Assembly (NCBI RefSeq): GCF_039541115.1
Contig: NZ_BAABFP010000004.1
Span: 372,001-436,000, forward strand
DNA: 64,000 bases
Source of the DNA: Angustibacter luteus
GTDB lineage: Bacteria; Actinomycetota; Actinomycetes; Actinomycetales; Angustibacteraceae
Reading direction: 5' to 3'
Under the pieces are notes generated by a model that did not search any database, was not told the origin of the DNA, and saw only the letters and a list, made by a program, of their open reading frames with translations. Positions 50,102-60,322 of this stretch are shown here, one piece after another; within the stretch, counting starts at the first letter, position 1, and each line of letters begins with the position of its first letter. Made by a program: the position numbers and the translations under genes.

Positions 50102-50320
50102 GTGACGCAGAACGTCGCCCGGGTGCACCACCGGCCCTTGCTGTTCGCTTGCCACTTCGCCCTGTGGTGGCTGCTCGTCGGCTGTGAGGCGTACGGCCGG
50201 TGCTCCCGCCTGGCCTTCGCGCCAACCTCAGGGCCAGCGCTGGCAGCACCAAGACCTGTTTGGTGGCGCGAGGAAACCCGTGGCCTCAACGACCTGGAAC
50301 GCTACCTAAATCAGGTGTGA
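50102..50320 (+). CDS. Small hypothetical protein (72 aa) with a hydrophobic segment
   Basis: GAGGG RBS and GTG downstream of the 50034 promoter; LLFACHFALWWLLVG segment, C-terminal RGLNDLERYL. Confidence 0.45.
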   Translation: MTQNVARVHHRPLLFACHFALWWLLVGCEAYGRCSRLAFAPTSGPALAAPRPVWWREETRGLNDLERYLNQV

Positions 50321-50412
50321 GCCTCGCCCAAAGTGCTGGCTCGAGGGTAGCCCTGCGATCTCCGTGCCGTCGCCTCCAGTGCGGCCGCGGCGTCCCGACT
50401 ACGTATCTGCGC

Positions 50413-51552
50413 TCAGGCAAAGGCCCTGGCGACGGCTGCCTCGATGTCGCGCTGCACTCCGATATCGGGTGCGAAGTAGAACAGTGACCAGCCGGCCGCC
50501 GGACAGACCCAGAATCTGCGAGTTCCGACACCGTCCCAGCCGAACGAGCCAGCGGGGAGTGCCTCGTGTGCCGCAGTTGGATCATCGAGCACCGCAACCC
50601 CTAGACCGAACCCGACTCCGCCCGCAGGTTCGCGGCCGTTCAGCCCCGTACACAGCTCGCCCACCTGATTGGTCGTCATTCGGGCAACGGTTTCCTGCTG
50701 CAGCAGTCGCCTGCTCCCGTGCACACCGCCATTGCGCAGCATCTCGGCAAAGATCAGGTAGTCGTGGGCTGTGCTCCACAACCCCGCTGATGTGCTGCGG
50801 AACGTGCGCCCGGCGATGACCTCGTTGTCCAACAGTGCGGCAGCCAGCGGCTGGGCGGCGGCGTGGCTGGCGCACCCGAACCCGGTCTGCCGCAGCCCCA
50901 TCGGTTCGAAGAGACGCTCCGCCAGGAACTCGTCGAGTTCCTGGCCGGAGGCGATCTCGACCACTCGCGACAGCACGTCGAACGATGCGCCGTTGCTGTA
51001 TGCCCAGCCCTGGCCGGGTTGAAAGTCACGGACCAAGCGCGCCAGCTTGGGTGCATACCCGCGGAGTGTCTCCCCTTGAGCGGGCATGACGTACTCCGGA
51101 TTCCACATGAAGATGCTCTGCAGCCCACCGGTATACGTGAGCAGGTCCAAGAGTGTGAGCTCCCTAAGTGCGGGAACGATGTCGAAAACGGGAGCGGGGT
51201 CCGGCGGAGGTCCAAACGGCGGCCCGAACGGTGATGGCGAACCTGGTGTTAGGACTCTCACTCGCCCGGGCTCAGCGAACTCTGGCAGGTAGGCGCTCAC
51301 GGCGTCCTCGAGCCGAACCCGGCCCTCGTCCACCAGGCTCAACAGGGCTACGGCCCCGAATGGCTTTGAGAGCGAAGCTAGCCACAGCAGCGTGTCGGGA
51401 CGCAGGCCAGATGCTGAGTGATGGTCAACGCTGCCATGAGCGGAGTGGTGCACCAACTCGCCGTCGGCACGCACGGTGACGATCGCACCAGGGATACGAC
51501 CCGACGCGGTCGCCTCCTCGACGACGGCGGTGATCATGGCATTCTCGGGCAC
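50413..51552 (-). CDS. Serine hydrolase, beta-lactamase-fold esterase (family VIII-like)
   Basis: ASLSKP (SxxK), YSN, FEPMGL, FGWDG; no signal peptide. Confidence 0.88.
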   Translation of the reverse strand: MPENAMITAVVEEATASGRIPGAIVTVRADGELVHHSAHGSVDHHSASGLRPDTLLWLASLSKPFGAVALLSLVDEGRVRLEDAVSAYLPEFAEPGRVRVLTPGSPSPFGPPFGPPPDPAPVFDIVPALRELTLLDLLTYTGGLQSIFMWNPEYVMPAQGETLRGYAPKLARLVRDFQPGQGWAYSNGASFDVLSRVVEIASGQELDEFLAERLFEPMGLRQTGFGCASHAAAQPLAAALLDNEVIAGRTFRSTSAGLWSTAHDYLIFAEMLRNGGVHGSRRLLQQETVARMTTNQVGELCTGLNGREPAGGVGFGLGVAVLDDPTAAHEALPAGSFGWDGVGTRRFWVCPAAGWSLFYFAPDIGVQRDIEAAVARAFA

Positions 51553-51569
51553 GGAAATCCCTGCCCTGA

Positions 51570-52985
51570 TTAGGCTGACTGCGAGAGATAGGCCAGCTGG
51601 GACAGCGCCTCATCGAAACCGAGCTTGAACGGTTCCAGGTCGGGCACGTGGGTCCCGTCGGCGCTCAGTCCGACGCTGAGTCGACCGGCATATGACTCGA
51701 CTGCAACGTTCAGCGCCAGCTGGTTCGCGATCGGCACCATCGGGTTTAGCTCAAGCATTCTGGCGCCCAGTACGAACAGGGGCTTGCGGGGTCCCACGAC
51801 GTTCGTCACGGTCAAGTTCATGAGGTGTCGCTGGTTGCGCACGCTAGGACCGACCAGCTCAAGGAGAGCGGCGGGGAGCAACTCGACCGCGTCAAGGAGG
51901 AGCGAAAACCCTCGCGGTTGATGACCGGCCTTGAGAGCAACCATCGACTTCTGGATCGCGATCAGCCGTTCCTGATCATCGGCCAACTCGACAAGCAGCG
52001 GAGCCATGATCGCGCTGAGCCGGTTGCCTCCTGACGCGTCCCGTTCATCGTCAGAACGCATCGACACGGGCACGAACACGCGCAGGTGGCTGGCATCGGG
52101 GTCATGGCCGCCGGCACTCAGGAGCTGGCGCAGTCCAGCCGCTACGCAGGTCAACATGACGTCGTTCAAGGTGGAGCCCGGTGCCAGCGCCCGTATTGGC
52201 TTCACGGTCTCGATGTCTGTGTGCAGCCAGTCAAATCGCCGCGACCGAGTGTTCACTGCATTGATGGGACTGGGTGCCGACAGTCCAAGCGAACCAACGG
52301 CGAACAGACCCCGAAGGTTGCTCCACAGGCGTGACGGTGTCACAGGTGCATGCGGACCGCCGATCGCCACTTCCCACACCTTGCCCAGACGGTGACCGAA
52401 GTGTGTGGTCACCACTTGGAGGGGCCCAGGCGACGGACGTGCCGTGTGTACAGCCTGCGTCTCTGGTGCGGGCTCGTGTCCCGGCACCTGAGGCGCAGAG
52501 TCCAACAGTGACTCGAGAACGTCAACCGTGCTCTGCCCATCGAACGGGGCGTGGTGGATCTTTTGGATCATTCCCACGTTCCCCGATTCCAACCCCTCGA
52601 CGAACCAGATCTCCCACAGCGGTCGAGACCGATCCAAGGTGCCCTCGTGGACCCGTGCGAACACCTCCTTGAGTTGCGCATCGGTCCCAGGCCTGGGCAG
52701 GGAGATGAGTTTGACGTGCTGGGCGATGTCGAAGTCGGCGTCGTCGACCAAGATCGGGTGTGTCAGGAATCGCACGCCGCGATGAACGCGCATGGTGTAC
52801 CGCGGCACCAAGTGCAACTTGGCCGCGAAAGCGTCGCGAACCTCCTGCAAGCGGAACACTCCGTGTTCATCAAACAGGGGCGGACCTTCGAAGATGCAGA
52901 TGTTGCCCATGTTGATCGGCGTGGACTCGAAGTCCCAGTACAGGAAGTTGGAGTCAAGGGCCGAGAGCCGCTCGAACGAGCCCAT
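51570..52985 (-). CDS. Wax ester synthase/diacylglycerol acyltransferase (WS/DGAT)
   Basis: RLSALDSNF, LDRSRPLWE, catalytic HHAPFDG, TLNDV, TNVVGP. Confidence 0.92.
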   Translation of the reverse strand: MGSFERLSALDSNFLYWDFESTPINMGNICIFEGPPLFDEHGVFRLQEVRDAFAAKLHLVPRYTMRVHRGVRFLTHPILVDDADFDIAQHVKLISLPRPGTDAQLKEVFARVHEGTLDRSRPLWEIWFVEGLESGNVGMIQKIHHAPFDGQSTVDVLESLLDSAPQVPGHEPAPETQAVHTARPSPGPLQVVTTHFGHRLGKVWEVAIGGPHAPVTPSRLWSNLRGLFAVGSLGLSAPSPINAVNTRSRRFDWLHTDIETVKPIRALAPGSTLNDVMLTCVAAGLRQLLSAGGHDPDASHLRVFVPVSMRSDDERDASGGNRLSAIMAPLLVELADDQERLIAIQKSMVALKAGHQPRGFSLLLDAVELLPAALLELVGPSVRNQRHLMNLTVTNVVGPRKPLFVLGARMLELNPMVPIANQLALNVAVESYAGRLSVGLSADGTHVPDLEPFKLGFDEALSQLAYLSQSA

Positions 52986-53033
52986 GTCTTCTTCTCCCAG
53001 GGTGAGAGCCGGCAGGCATCAGTTCGACGACTG

Positions 53034-53074
53034 TGATATATCAACAGTCTGCACCGACATATCAGACATGGCAA
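53034..53074 (-). promoter_or_regulatory. WS/DGAT promoter with two operator copies
   Basis: TTGCCA-N17-CAGACT; TGATATGTCG in the spacer (53055-53064) and TGATATATCA at 53034-53043. Confidence 0.7.
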
Positions 53075-53122
53075 GACTTTGGGGACGACGCCTAGGGCCC
53101 ACTCCGCGGCCCGCAGTCGCCG

Positions 53123-53368
53123 TTAAGGCGAACCCACCTCATCGTCGGCGCCACCTTCGGCCGCACTGATGGGCGCCAAGCGGAGCCGCGTCCCGCTGGG
53201 GCCGCTGAAGTGCGTGAGGATTGACCAGGCTGTCCCCGCTGGGAGAACGACATGGATGGTGCCGTTGTCCATGAACACCACCTCCGCCTTGCGCCCGTCT
53301 GGCGATTCACACAGTTGGGCGTGCGTGCGCTTGGTCATGCGCTTGATGGTGGTGTTGCCGTGGGCCAC
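53123..53368 (-). CDS. Small hypothetical protein (81 aa)
   Basis: Fills the gap between WS/DGAT and gntR on the same strand; protein-like composition; no recognised motif. Confidence 0.4.
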   Translation of the reverse strand: MAHGNTTIKRMTKRTHAQLCESPDGRKAEVVFMDNGTIHVVLPAGTAWSILTHFSGPSGTRLRLAPISAAEGGADDEVGSP

Positions 53369-53513
53369 CGGCCAGTGCCGACCCGCCGATTGCGTTGAGG
53401 CAGCAGGATGCCGGACCGCACCGCCCCAGCTTGTGATTCGTTCCAGCCGGTGACCGCCGTACGCGATTGACGGCTCTGGTCAAGTCTCACGACGGATCCT
53501 TCCTGGCCTCAGA

Positions 53514-54266
53514 TCAGGTGCTGCGACCGCTCATTGGGGCCACCTCGGTGGACATGACGGAGGGCCATCGGGAGAAGATCCTCAGGATGCGGTCGTGCAT
53601 GGCAACGATGTGGCGGCGCGCGTAGTCCGCAGCCATTTCGCTATCCCGATCGGTGAAGACCTGCTCCGGGAAGTTGTGAGACTCGACCTCGTCCAGTGTC
53701 TCGGGGTAGGCGGACAGCACCGTGGACCAGATGCGGTGCATGTCCCCGCTGACCCGCATGAACAGGTTGATCAAGTACTCATTCTTGGTGGCCTCTGCGA
53801 AGAGAGCGAACATCTCGTCGGTCAGATTCAGCACGCTCTCGCGCAGTTCCTGCTTCTCCTCTACGCCGTGGGCGAGCTCATCGACTTCGCGGAAACCACG
53901 ACGCAACTGCTCGAGTTGGTCGTGAGTGGCGTTCTTGATGCCGCGGCGGACCAGCTCAGGTCCAACGATCGTCCAGAGATCGAAGAGATCGTCGACGGAC
54001 TTTGGCGTGAGGGGGGTTACTTGGTAGCCCTTGCGGGGGAGGGTGCGCACCAGGCCTTCATGATCGAGGCGGGTGAGAGCCTCCCGCAACGGTGAGCCGC
54101 CGAAGCCTGTTTCGGCGGCCAAGGCCTTCTCTGTGAGCTTCTGGCCGGGGGCTAGTCGGCAGCTGACGATGTCTGTGCGCAGCCGCTGGTAGGCCGCTTC
54201 GCCCAACGACACACGCGCAGACTCCACGAGGGGCGTCTCCGACTTCACCACTGCGGTCTCCTTCAT
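53514..54266 (-). CDS. GntR-family (FCD) regulator
   Basis: LAPGQKLTEKALAAETGFGGSPLREALTRL wHTH plus FCD-like C-terminus. Confidence 0.9.
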   Translation of the reverse strand: MKETAVVKSETPLVESARVSLGEAAYQRLRTDIVSCRLAPGQKLTEKALAAETGFGGSPLREALTRLDHEGLVRTLPRKGYQVTPLTPKSVDDLFDLWTIVGPELVRRGIKNATHDQLEQLRRGFREVDELAHGVEEKQELRESVLNLTDEMFALFAEATKNEYLINLFMRVSGDMHRIWSTVLSAYPETLDEVESHNFPEQVFTDRDSEMAADYARRHIVAMHDRILRIFSRWPSVMSTEVAPMSGRST

Positions 54267-54297
54267 GGGCGGTCGTTTCAGTTGAGCCTAACGTCTC

Positions 54298-54326
54298 AGC
54301 ATGGACATGTGATGCATCAGCGTCAG
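54298..54326 (-). promoter_or_regulatory. gntR promoter with TGATGCATCA operator in its spacer
   Basis: CTGACG-N17-CATGCT; palindrome at 54310-54319. Confidence 0.6.
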
Positions 54327-54463
54327 GCTGTGGCGGCTCCAGTGCTGGCGTCTACGGAGAAGGCGTTCGAGCGGCGGCGCCATTCACGGTTGGAAGCGAG
54401 TGACTCGGCCGCGCGGCTAGTGTGTTGGCCGCGTCCAACCCTCCGCTGGGCGCGTGCTCGCCT

Positions 54464-55249
54464 CTACCGCCCATGGAACACAGCCCGTCCGGGCCCGTTG
54501 TCGAGCAGGGAACGGACGCCGTCCTGCAAATCGTCGGTCGTCAGGAGTTGGCCTACCAATCCGGCGGTCATCTCGTCGGCTGCGTCGGCTCCGTTCCGCT
54601 GCGTAGTGAGCAAGATCGACTTGGCGGCGGAGATGGCCAAGGTGGGTCCATGTGCGAGGCGCTGGGCGAAAGCGCGTGCTTCATCGAGGAGCGTCTCCCT
54701 TGGGACGACTCGGCTGACGACACCCCATTCCATGAGGGTGGCCGCCGGGTACTGATCGCCGGTGTAGACAAGCTCCGCTGCCCGCGCGTGTCCAGCGCGC
54801 ACGGCAACCCTCTGTGTGCCGCCGGCGCCCGGTGTCAGGCCGACGGTGGATTCGACCAGCCCGAACCGCGCGGTGTCGGCGGCCCAAAGTAGATCGCAAC
54901 CAAGGCTGAGTTCGAAGCCGATGGTCAGGCAGAGACCGTGAACTGCAGCCAGGGTTGGAATGGCGAGGGCTTCGAGCCGGTGGGTCAGTGCCAGGTGCCG
55001 GGCGATGTGCCTAGTTCCAGATTCGGCGTCATGCCCGAGGAAATGGTGGACGTCGACGCCGGCGCAGAAGATGCGCCCTTCGGCGCGGAGGATTAGAGCG
55101 CGACACTCTCCGCTCGCCACCCAGTTCTCGATGTCCCCGAGGCGCTGTTCCAACTCGTCGACCACCGTCAGGTCGACAAGGTTGAGCGGGGGGTTGTCGA
55201 TCACGAGCTCGGCCAAGAAGTCGTCGAGGAACACCTGTACCACAGCCAT
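54464..55249 (-). CDS. Enoyl-CoA hydratase/isomerase
   Basis: FCAGVD, GFELSLGCD, FGLVE..GLTPGAGGTQR. Confidence 0.9.
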   Translation of the reverse strand: MAVVQVFLDDFLAELVIDNPPLNLVDLTVVDELEQRLGDIENWVASGECRALILRAEGRIFCAGVDVHHFLGHDAESGTRHIARHLALTHRLEALAIPTLAAVHGLCLTIGFELSLGCDLLWAADTARFGLVESTVGLTPGAGGTQRVAVRAGHARAAELVYTGDQYPAATLMEWGVVSRVVPRETLLDEARAFAQRLAHGPTLAISAAKSILLTTQRNGADAADEMTAGLVGQLLTTDDLQDGVRSLLDNGPGRAVFHGR

Positions 55250-56070
55250 CAGGCCTCCTCGGCACTGAGAAAAGTCTCCATGATGGGGGCCAAGGTCGAC
55301 GGGCTGTCGACAAGCATGAGGTGGCCCGCCTTCTCAATCACCTGCACCTCTGATTGGCTCAGGATTCGGTGAAGGAAGTACTGATTGGCGGTCCGCACGA
55401 TCGGATCGTCATCGCCTCCCAGCACCAGGGTCGGGTGCTTGATGCGGTGCGCGAATGGAATCACCGAGAAGGTGCCCGCGGCGATGAGTTGCCACATGTA
55501 TCCGATCCAGCCCGGTGGGTGGTCCACTCGCCGAGCCGCTTCCGCCCTGACTAGGCCAGGTTGCCTTCGGAACTCACCGCCGTAGGTCTGCGCCGCGATC
55601 TTGGCGAGGTAGGCGGAGGAGTAGTAGCGGCGGGGTGTAAGCAAGCGTGCTGCCACGCGCGGATCTGCCGGGACGCAGATAGGTCCGGGTCCAGTGCAGG
55701 CGAGTATGAGTTTGCGGACCTTGCCGGGGTGCTGGGCGGCGAACGCCTGAGCCAGGAGGCCACCCCACGAGTAGCCGACGATGTCGACCTGCTGGAGCCC
55801 GAGCCGGCTCAGGAGCAACCTGACGAAGAGCGCGCCGTGGAACATCGTCGGTGGAAACCACGGTGCCGTCGAACCGCCAGTTCCTGGAAAGTCGAACATG
55901 ACGAGCTGGCGTCCCGGCAATTGGTCTGCCAGTGGAGTCCACATGTCGAGGTGGCCGCCGATTCCCATGATGAGCACCAGTGGCTCGCCCTGCCCCGTGA
56001 CGCGAACGCGGACGTGGCCGAGCCCGACCCTGACCTGGCGGGTCGAGATGGCGATCTCCGTTTCAGTCAT
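55249..56070 (-). CDS. phaZ: Intracellular PHA depolymerase-like alpha/beta hydrolase
   Basis: GIGG oxyanion, GYSWGG lipase box, TPRRY, GDDDPIV, GHL; in an operon with phaC. Confidence 0.8.
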   Translation of the reverse strand: MTETEIAISTRQVRVGLGHVRVRVTGQGEPLVLIMGIGGHLDMWTPLADQLPGRQLVMFDFPGTGGSTAPWFPPTMFHGALFVRLLLSRLGLQQVDIVGYSWGGLLAQAFAAQHPGKVRKLILACTGPGPICVPADPRVAARLLTPRRYYSSAYLAKIAAQTYGGEFRRQPGLVRAEAARRVDHPPGWIGYMWQLIAAGTFSVIPFAHRIKHPTLVLGGDDDPIVRTANQYFLHRILSQSEVQVIEKAGHLMLVDSPSTLAPIMETFLSAEEA

Positions 56071-57662
56071 GAGGTCTCTCTGGCACGGAGAACCTTCTTG
56101 TCGAACTTGCCGACCGCCGTTTTGGGGACCTCATCGATGAGCTCGACTCGGTCGGGGAGCTGCCAGTTGGCGAACCCGTTGGCCAGCAAGTGCGCTCGGA
56201 TGCTTGACGGCTCGACGTTCTGTCCAGGCTGCACCACGACAAAGGCGACAGGGCGCTCAACCCACTTGGGGTCCGGGACCGCGATTACGGCCGCCTCAAC
56301 GATCCCGGGCATCGCCATGATCGCGGCTTCCATGTCGACCGACGAGATCCACTCTCCACCCGACTTGATCAGGTCCTTCGTGCGATCGGAAATGACGAAG
56401 TAGCCGTCTTCGGACCCAATCGCCACGTCTCCCGTGACGAACCAACCATCTGCCGTGAAGTTCTCTGACCCGTGGCCATGCAGGTAGCTGTCCGCAACCC
56501 ACGGGCCTCTCACCTCCAGGCTCCCCATCGACTCGCCGTCGAAATCAACGGGTGCGCCGCCCTCGTCGCGGATGCGCACCGCGATGCCCGGTACTGGAAG
56601 CCCCGCTTGGCGACGAGCAGCGTCGGTGACGTTGTCCTCATCCCAACCCAACATGCGGTGCTGCGGCCAAGCGACGCTTGCAAGCGGGGAAGTCTCCGTC
56701 ATGCCCCAGGCTTGGACGATGGGGATCCGCAAGTTGCGCAAGTAGCGTTCGATCAGTGTGCGTGGAGGTTGGCTGCCCCCGGAGATGATGTGTCGGAGGT
56801 ACCTGCCGGGGTCGGATCTCTGCTCCAACTCATCGGCTACGGAGACCCAGACGGTCGGAACGGCGGCTGTGACGGTGACCTGCTCGTTTAACAGCAGTTC
56901 CACAAACGGAGAGGCCTCCAGTGGCCCGCCGAAGAAGACCAGCTTGGCTCCAACGGCCACGGCTGCGTAGGGCATTCCCCAGGCGCTGGCGTGGAACATC
57001 GGCACCTGCGGGAGAACACAGTCGCCGGGGCCAAAGGCCATGCCGGCGGCGGAGGTCACCGCGAGGGCGTGCAAGAACACTGATCTATGACTGGAGACCA
57101 CGCCCTTCGGGCGGCCGGTCGTACCGGACGTGTAGCACAGGGATGCGGCCGCACGTTCATCCAGCTCGAGCGCGGAGTAGTGGGTCGGCTCATCGGTCAG
57201 CAACTGCTCGTATCCGAGCACGCGCGGATCCGTCGACCCGGGGTTATCCGCGAGGACGATGATGTGCCGGAGGCTTGGGACCCGCTCGGCCACGTCCAGC
57301 AGCATCGGGAGGAACTCCAGGTCTACCAGGACTGTCGAGTCTCCGGCGTCCTGCATGACGAAGGCGAGCTCATCCGCAGACAATCGGATGTTCAGCGTGT
57401 GCAGAACGCGACCCGAACAGGGGATCGCGAAGTAGGCCTCAAGATGGCGGTAACCGTTCCACGCGAGCGTGGCCACGACGGCCCCTGAAGGCAAGCCGAG
57501 CGTGTCCAGAGCGTTCATCAACTGCTTGGCGCGTAAGGCGAAGTCGGAATACGTGTATCGATGGACGTCGGCGCTCGGCAGTCTGGTGACGATCTCGACC
57601 TGGCTGTGGTGCGTCGCTGCACCCTCGAAGAGCAGCCACGTTGTGAGAGGGAGGTCCATCAT
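56067..57662 (-). CDS. AlkK-like acyl-CoA ligase
   Basis: YTSGTTGRPKG, WGMTE, TGD, DRTKDLIKSGGE, KTAVGK. Confidence 0.92.
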   Translation of the reverse strand: MMDLPLTTWLLFEGAATHHSQVEIVTRLPSADVHRYTYSDFALRAKQLMNALDTLGLPSGAVVATLAWNGYRHLEAYFAIPCSGRVLHTLNIRLSADELAFVMQDAGDSTVLVDLEFLPMLLDVAERVPSLRHIIVLADNPGSTDPRVLGYEQLLTDEPTHYSALELDERAAASLCYTSGTTGRPKGVVSSHRSVFLHALAVTSAAGMAFGPGDCVLPQVPMFHASAWGMPYAAVAVGAKLVFFGGPLEASPFVELLLNEQVTVTAAVPTVWVSVADELEQRSDPGRYLRHIISGGSQPPRTLIERYLRNLRIPIVQAWGMTETSPLASVAWPQHRMLGWDEDNVTDAARRQAGLPVPGIAVRIRDEGGAPVDFDGESMGSLEVRGPWVADSYLHGHGSENFTADGWFVTGDVAIGSEDGYFVISDRTKDLIKSGGEWISSVDMEAAIMAMPGIVEAAVIAVPDPKWVERPVAFVVVQPGQNVEPSSIRAHLLANGFANWQLPDRVELIDEVPKTAVGKFDKKVLRARETS

Positions 57663-57676
57663 GTCGAGGCTGCCTT

Positions 57677-59398
57677 CTACTCGGTGACGTACGCGCCCGG
57701 GGCGTCCGCCAGCCTTGGGTATCTGGGACTTCCCAGGGAGCGCGGGCGGCTGCGCAGAACGCCTGACCGTGCGCTACTCCATGTGCTCCAGTCCTCCCAC
57801 CACGACCCCCTGTGCTTCTCTGCGCCATTCAGCCAGTCCTCGGCATCGCCGTTGCCGGCCTCGTTGATGAAGTAGGTCGCCTTCGGGTTGCCAGGCGGGT
57901 TGATCAGGGCCTGGATGTGGCCGCTGTTAGACAGCGCAAAGCGCACGTCTCCGCCGAACAGTCGTGTTGCTGCGAAGGCGGACTGCCAAGGAACAAGGTG
58001 GTCGGTCACAGCGGCCACGACATACAAGTCAGTGTCGACCTTGCCGAGGTCGACTGGTGTGCCGAGCACGCTGACCCGACCTGACTGCACTAACGCGTTG
58101 TTCAGCCACATGTCTAGGAACGTGGCGTGGAGGGCCGCGGGCATATTGGTGGTGTCACTGTTCCATGCGAGAACGTCGAACGCTGGCGGGTTCTGGCCGA
58201 GAAGGTAGTTGGAGACGACGTAGTTCCAGATGAGGTCGTTGGGTCGAACAAAGGCGAACATCTTGGCGAGGCTCGCCCCGCTGAGGACGCCTCGCTTGCC
58301 CGAGCGGGCTAGCGCGGCCTCGACGGTCCGCTCGCTCGCGAACATGTTCAACGTGCTGTGCACGTTGCTGTCGATCATGGTCACGCCGAGGGTTGCCGCG
58401 TTCACCAGCGTCGGATCGATCGCCGCAACATGCGAGAGCACGGAGGACGTCGTCATGCCCCCGGCGCAGAATCCGGCGATGTTGACTGTCTCCGACTTGG
58501 AAATGGCACTGGCCACGCGCATGGCCTCAAGACAGGCGCCGGCGTAGTCGTCGAGATCCCAACCGCGCTGCCGCGACGTCGGATTGCGCCACGAGATGCA
58601 GAACACCTGGAAGCCCTGGCTTACCGCGAACTCCACGAAGCTTCGACCCGGCGCAAGATCGAGGAAGTAGTAGCGGTTGATCTGCGGAGGAATCAGCACA
58701 GTCGGGATGCTGTAGACCTTGCCGGCCCTGGGCGCGTACTGCAGCAGCTCGAACATCGGTGATCGGTAGACCACGGCGCCAGGTGTGGAGGCGGTGTTCA
58801 CGCCTACCTGGAAAGGCCGAGTGTCGACCTGCGAGGGCATGCCACCGTTGTGGAGGAGATCGTGAAGGAAGTGTCGGCCACCCGCGACAGCTGACCTACC
58901 GCGGGTCTCCATCAGGGTGTTGAGTGCGGTCGGGTTGGTGAGCAGGTTGTTGGTCGGGGCAGCGGCCTCGGTCACCTGCATCAGGGCGAAACGAGCCCGA
59001 TCGGCCGACTTCTGGTCGAGTTCGAGCTCGTCGACGGAGCCGAGCACACAATCTCGGGTGAGCAAGTAGCTCTGGGCGACCCGTCGCCACAGCCCAGACT
59101 CCGTCCAGATCGCATCTGCGAAACGCCGGTCCTTCGGATCGGGAGCAAGCTCGGAGGTGCCACCGAGCACGCCGATCTCCCCAGTAGCCCACGAGCTCAG
59201 CGAGCCGGCCAAAACGCGCGGACGTCGTGCGAGGGCTTCCGCCCAGCGAACGCCAGCCCGGACCACCTGGCCCGCTGTTAGGCCGACAAAAGGGTTGGCG
59301 CCCTGGACAGACTCGAAGGCCTCTTCAGTGGATGCGGCCAAGTGAGGCTCTGAGTCCGCGATCACACGCACGTTCGCCCGGGGGGCACGGTCAGCCAC
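57677..59398 (-). CDS. phaC: Poly(3-hydroxyalkanoate) synthase, class II-like
   Basis: DRRF, PPQINRYYFLDL, SWRNP, catalytic GFCAGG, DHLVPW, SGHIQ..NPPGNPKA; start GTG 59398 or ATG 59449. Confidence 0.92.
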   Translation of the reverse strand: MADRAPRANVRVIADSEPHLAASTEEAFESVQGANPFVGLTAGQVVRAGVRWAEALARRPRVLAGSLSSWATGEIGVLGGTSELAPDPKDRRFADAIWTESGLWRRVAQSYLLTRDCVLGSVDELELDQKSADRARFALMQVTEAAAPTNNLLTNPTALNTLMETRGRSAVAGGRHFLHDLLHNGGMPSQVDTRPFQVGVNTASTPGAVVYRSPMFELLQYAPRAGKVYSIPTVLIPPQINRYYFLDLAPGRSFVEFAVSQGFQVFCISWRNPTSRQRGWDLDDYAGACLEAMRVASAISKSETVNIAGFCAGGMTTSSVLSHVAAIDPTLVNAATLGVTMIDSNVHSTLNMFASERTVEAALARSGKRGVLSGASLAKMFAFVRPNDLIWNYVVSNYLLGQNPPAFDVLAWNSDTTNMPAALHATFLDMWLNNALVQSGRVSVLGTPVDLGKVDTDLYVVAAVTDHLVPWQSAFAATRLFGGDVRFALSNSGHIQALINPPGNPKATYFINEAGNGDAEDWLNGAEKHRGSWWEDWSTWSSARSGVLRSRPRSLGSPRYPRLADAPGAYVTE

Positions 59399-59469
59399 GT
59401 TCGAACCCCCGCCTTTCCGACGGGGCGGAGTCGTGAGCGTTCGAGGCATGGCGCGACGCCTTTCGCGAT

Positions 59470-60321
59470 CTAGAGAAACAGATCTGGTTGGAGGTCGTGT
59501 TCGCTGGCCCCGTCATGGGCGTAGACGGAAAGGTCCACGACTCCTGAGGAGCGAAGGACCTCTTCGTCCAGGTAGCAGTGACCGGTGCCCGCGCTTGCCG
59601 GGCGCGTCAGAAGCAGTCCGGCTGCGTCGGCCATGATTTCCGGACGACGCGACGCACGCATGCCCTCCTCGCCCGCAACGACGTTCTTGACCGCTGCAGT
59701 CGCGATGAGCGTGGCGGGCCAGAGGCAGTTGGCGACGATGCCGTGCTCTCTGTACTGCTCCGCAACGCCGAGCGTGAGCATGGTCATCGCGTACTTGCTG
59801 ACGGTGTACGGCGCGTGCCCCGCCAACCACTTTGGGTCTGGGTTCAGTGGTGGCGAGAGTGTGAGCACCCGAGCATCGCTGGAACGGAGCAGGTGCGGGA
59901 TGCTCGCAGTGAGCATCGCGAACGTGCCGCGTGCGTTCACGTCGAGCATCAGGTCGTAGCGCTTGATCGGCAGGTCACCGATGCCTTGGAGCGCTATGGC
60001 TGAGGCATTGTTGACGACGATGTCGATTCCACCGAACTGCTCCACAACTGCGGCAACGGCGCCTTCAATGACCTGCTCATCGCGGACATCCCCGACGATC
60101 GGCAAGACCTGTCCGCCCACAGCCTCGATCTCGGCAGCGGCACTGTGGACCGTTCCGGGAAGGCGTGGGTCGGGATCGCTGGTCTTGGCGATGAAGGCGA
60201 TGTTGGCTCCATCGCGGGCGGCGCGTAAGGCGATGGCGAGTCCGATTCCACGGCTACCACCGGACATCAGGAGTGTCCGGCCAGCGAGCGGCCCGTCAGT
60301 GGTTTGGCTGGCTTCTCTCAC
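59470..60321 (-). CDS. SDR oxidoreductase (HSDL2-like)
   Basis: SGGSRGIG, NNASAI, LSPP, YTVSK, LWP; GTG at 60321. Confidence 0.9.
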   Translation of the reverse strand: MREASQTTDGPLAGRTLLMSGGSRGIGLAIALRAARDGANIAFIAKTSDPDPRLPGTVHSAAAEIEAVGGQVLPIVGDVRDEQVIEGAVAAVVEQFGGIDIVVNNASAIALQGIGDLPIKRYDLMLDVNARGTFAMLTASIPHLLRSSDARVLTLSPPLNPDPKWLAGHAPYTVSKYAMTMLTLGVAEQYREHGIVANCLWPATLIATAAVKNVVAGEEGMRASRRPEIMADAAGLLLTRPASAGTGHCYLDEEVLRSSGVVDLSVYAHDGASEHDLQPDLFL

Positions 60322-60322
60322 G

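Noticed and set aside
50413..51552. Beta-lactamase resistance gene
   Set aside because: No signal peptide and lipid-metabolic context; the fold is shared with family VIII esterases
53467..53483. TTGAC-N7-GTCAA palindrome downstream of gntR
   Set aside because: Single short instance with no matching regulon consensus; could be chance
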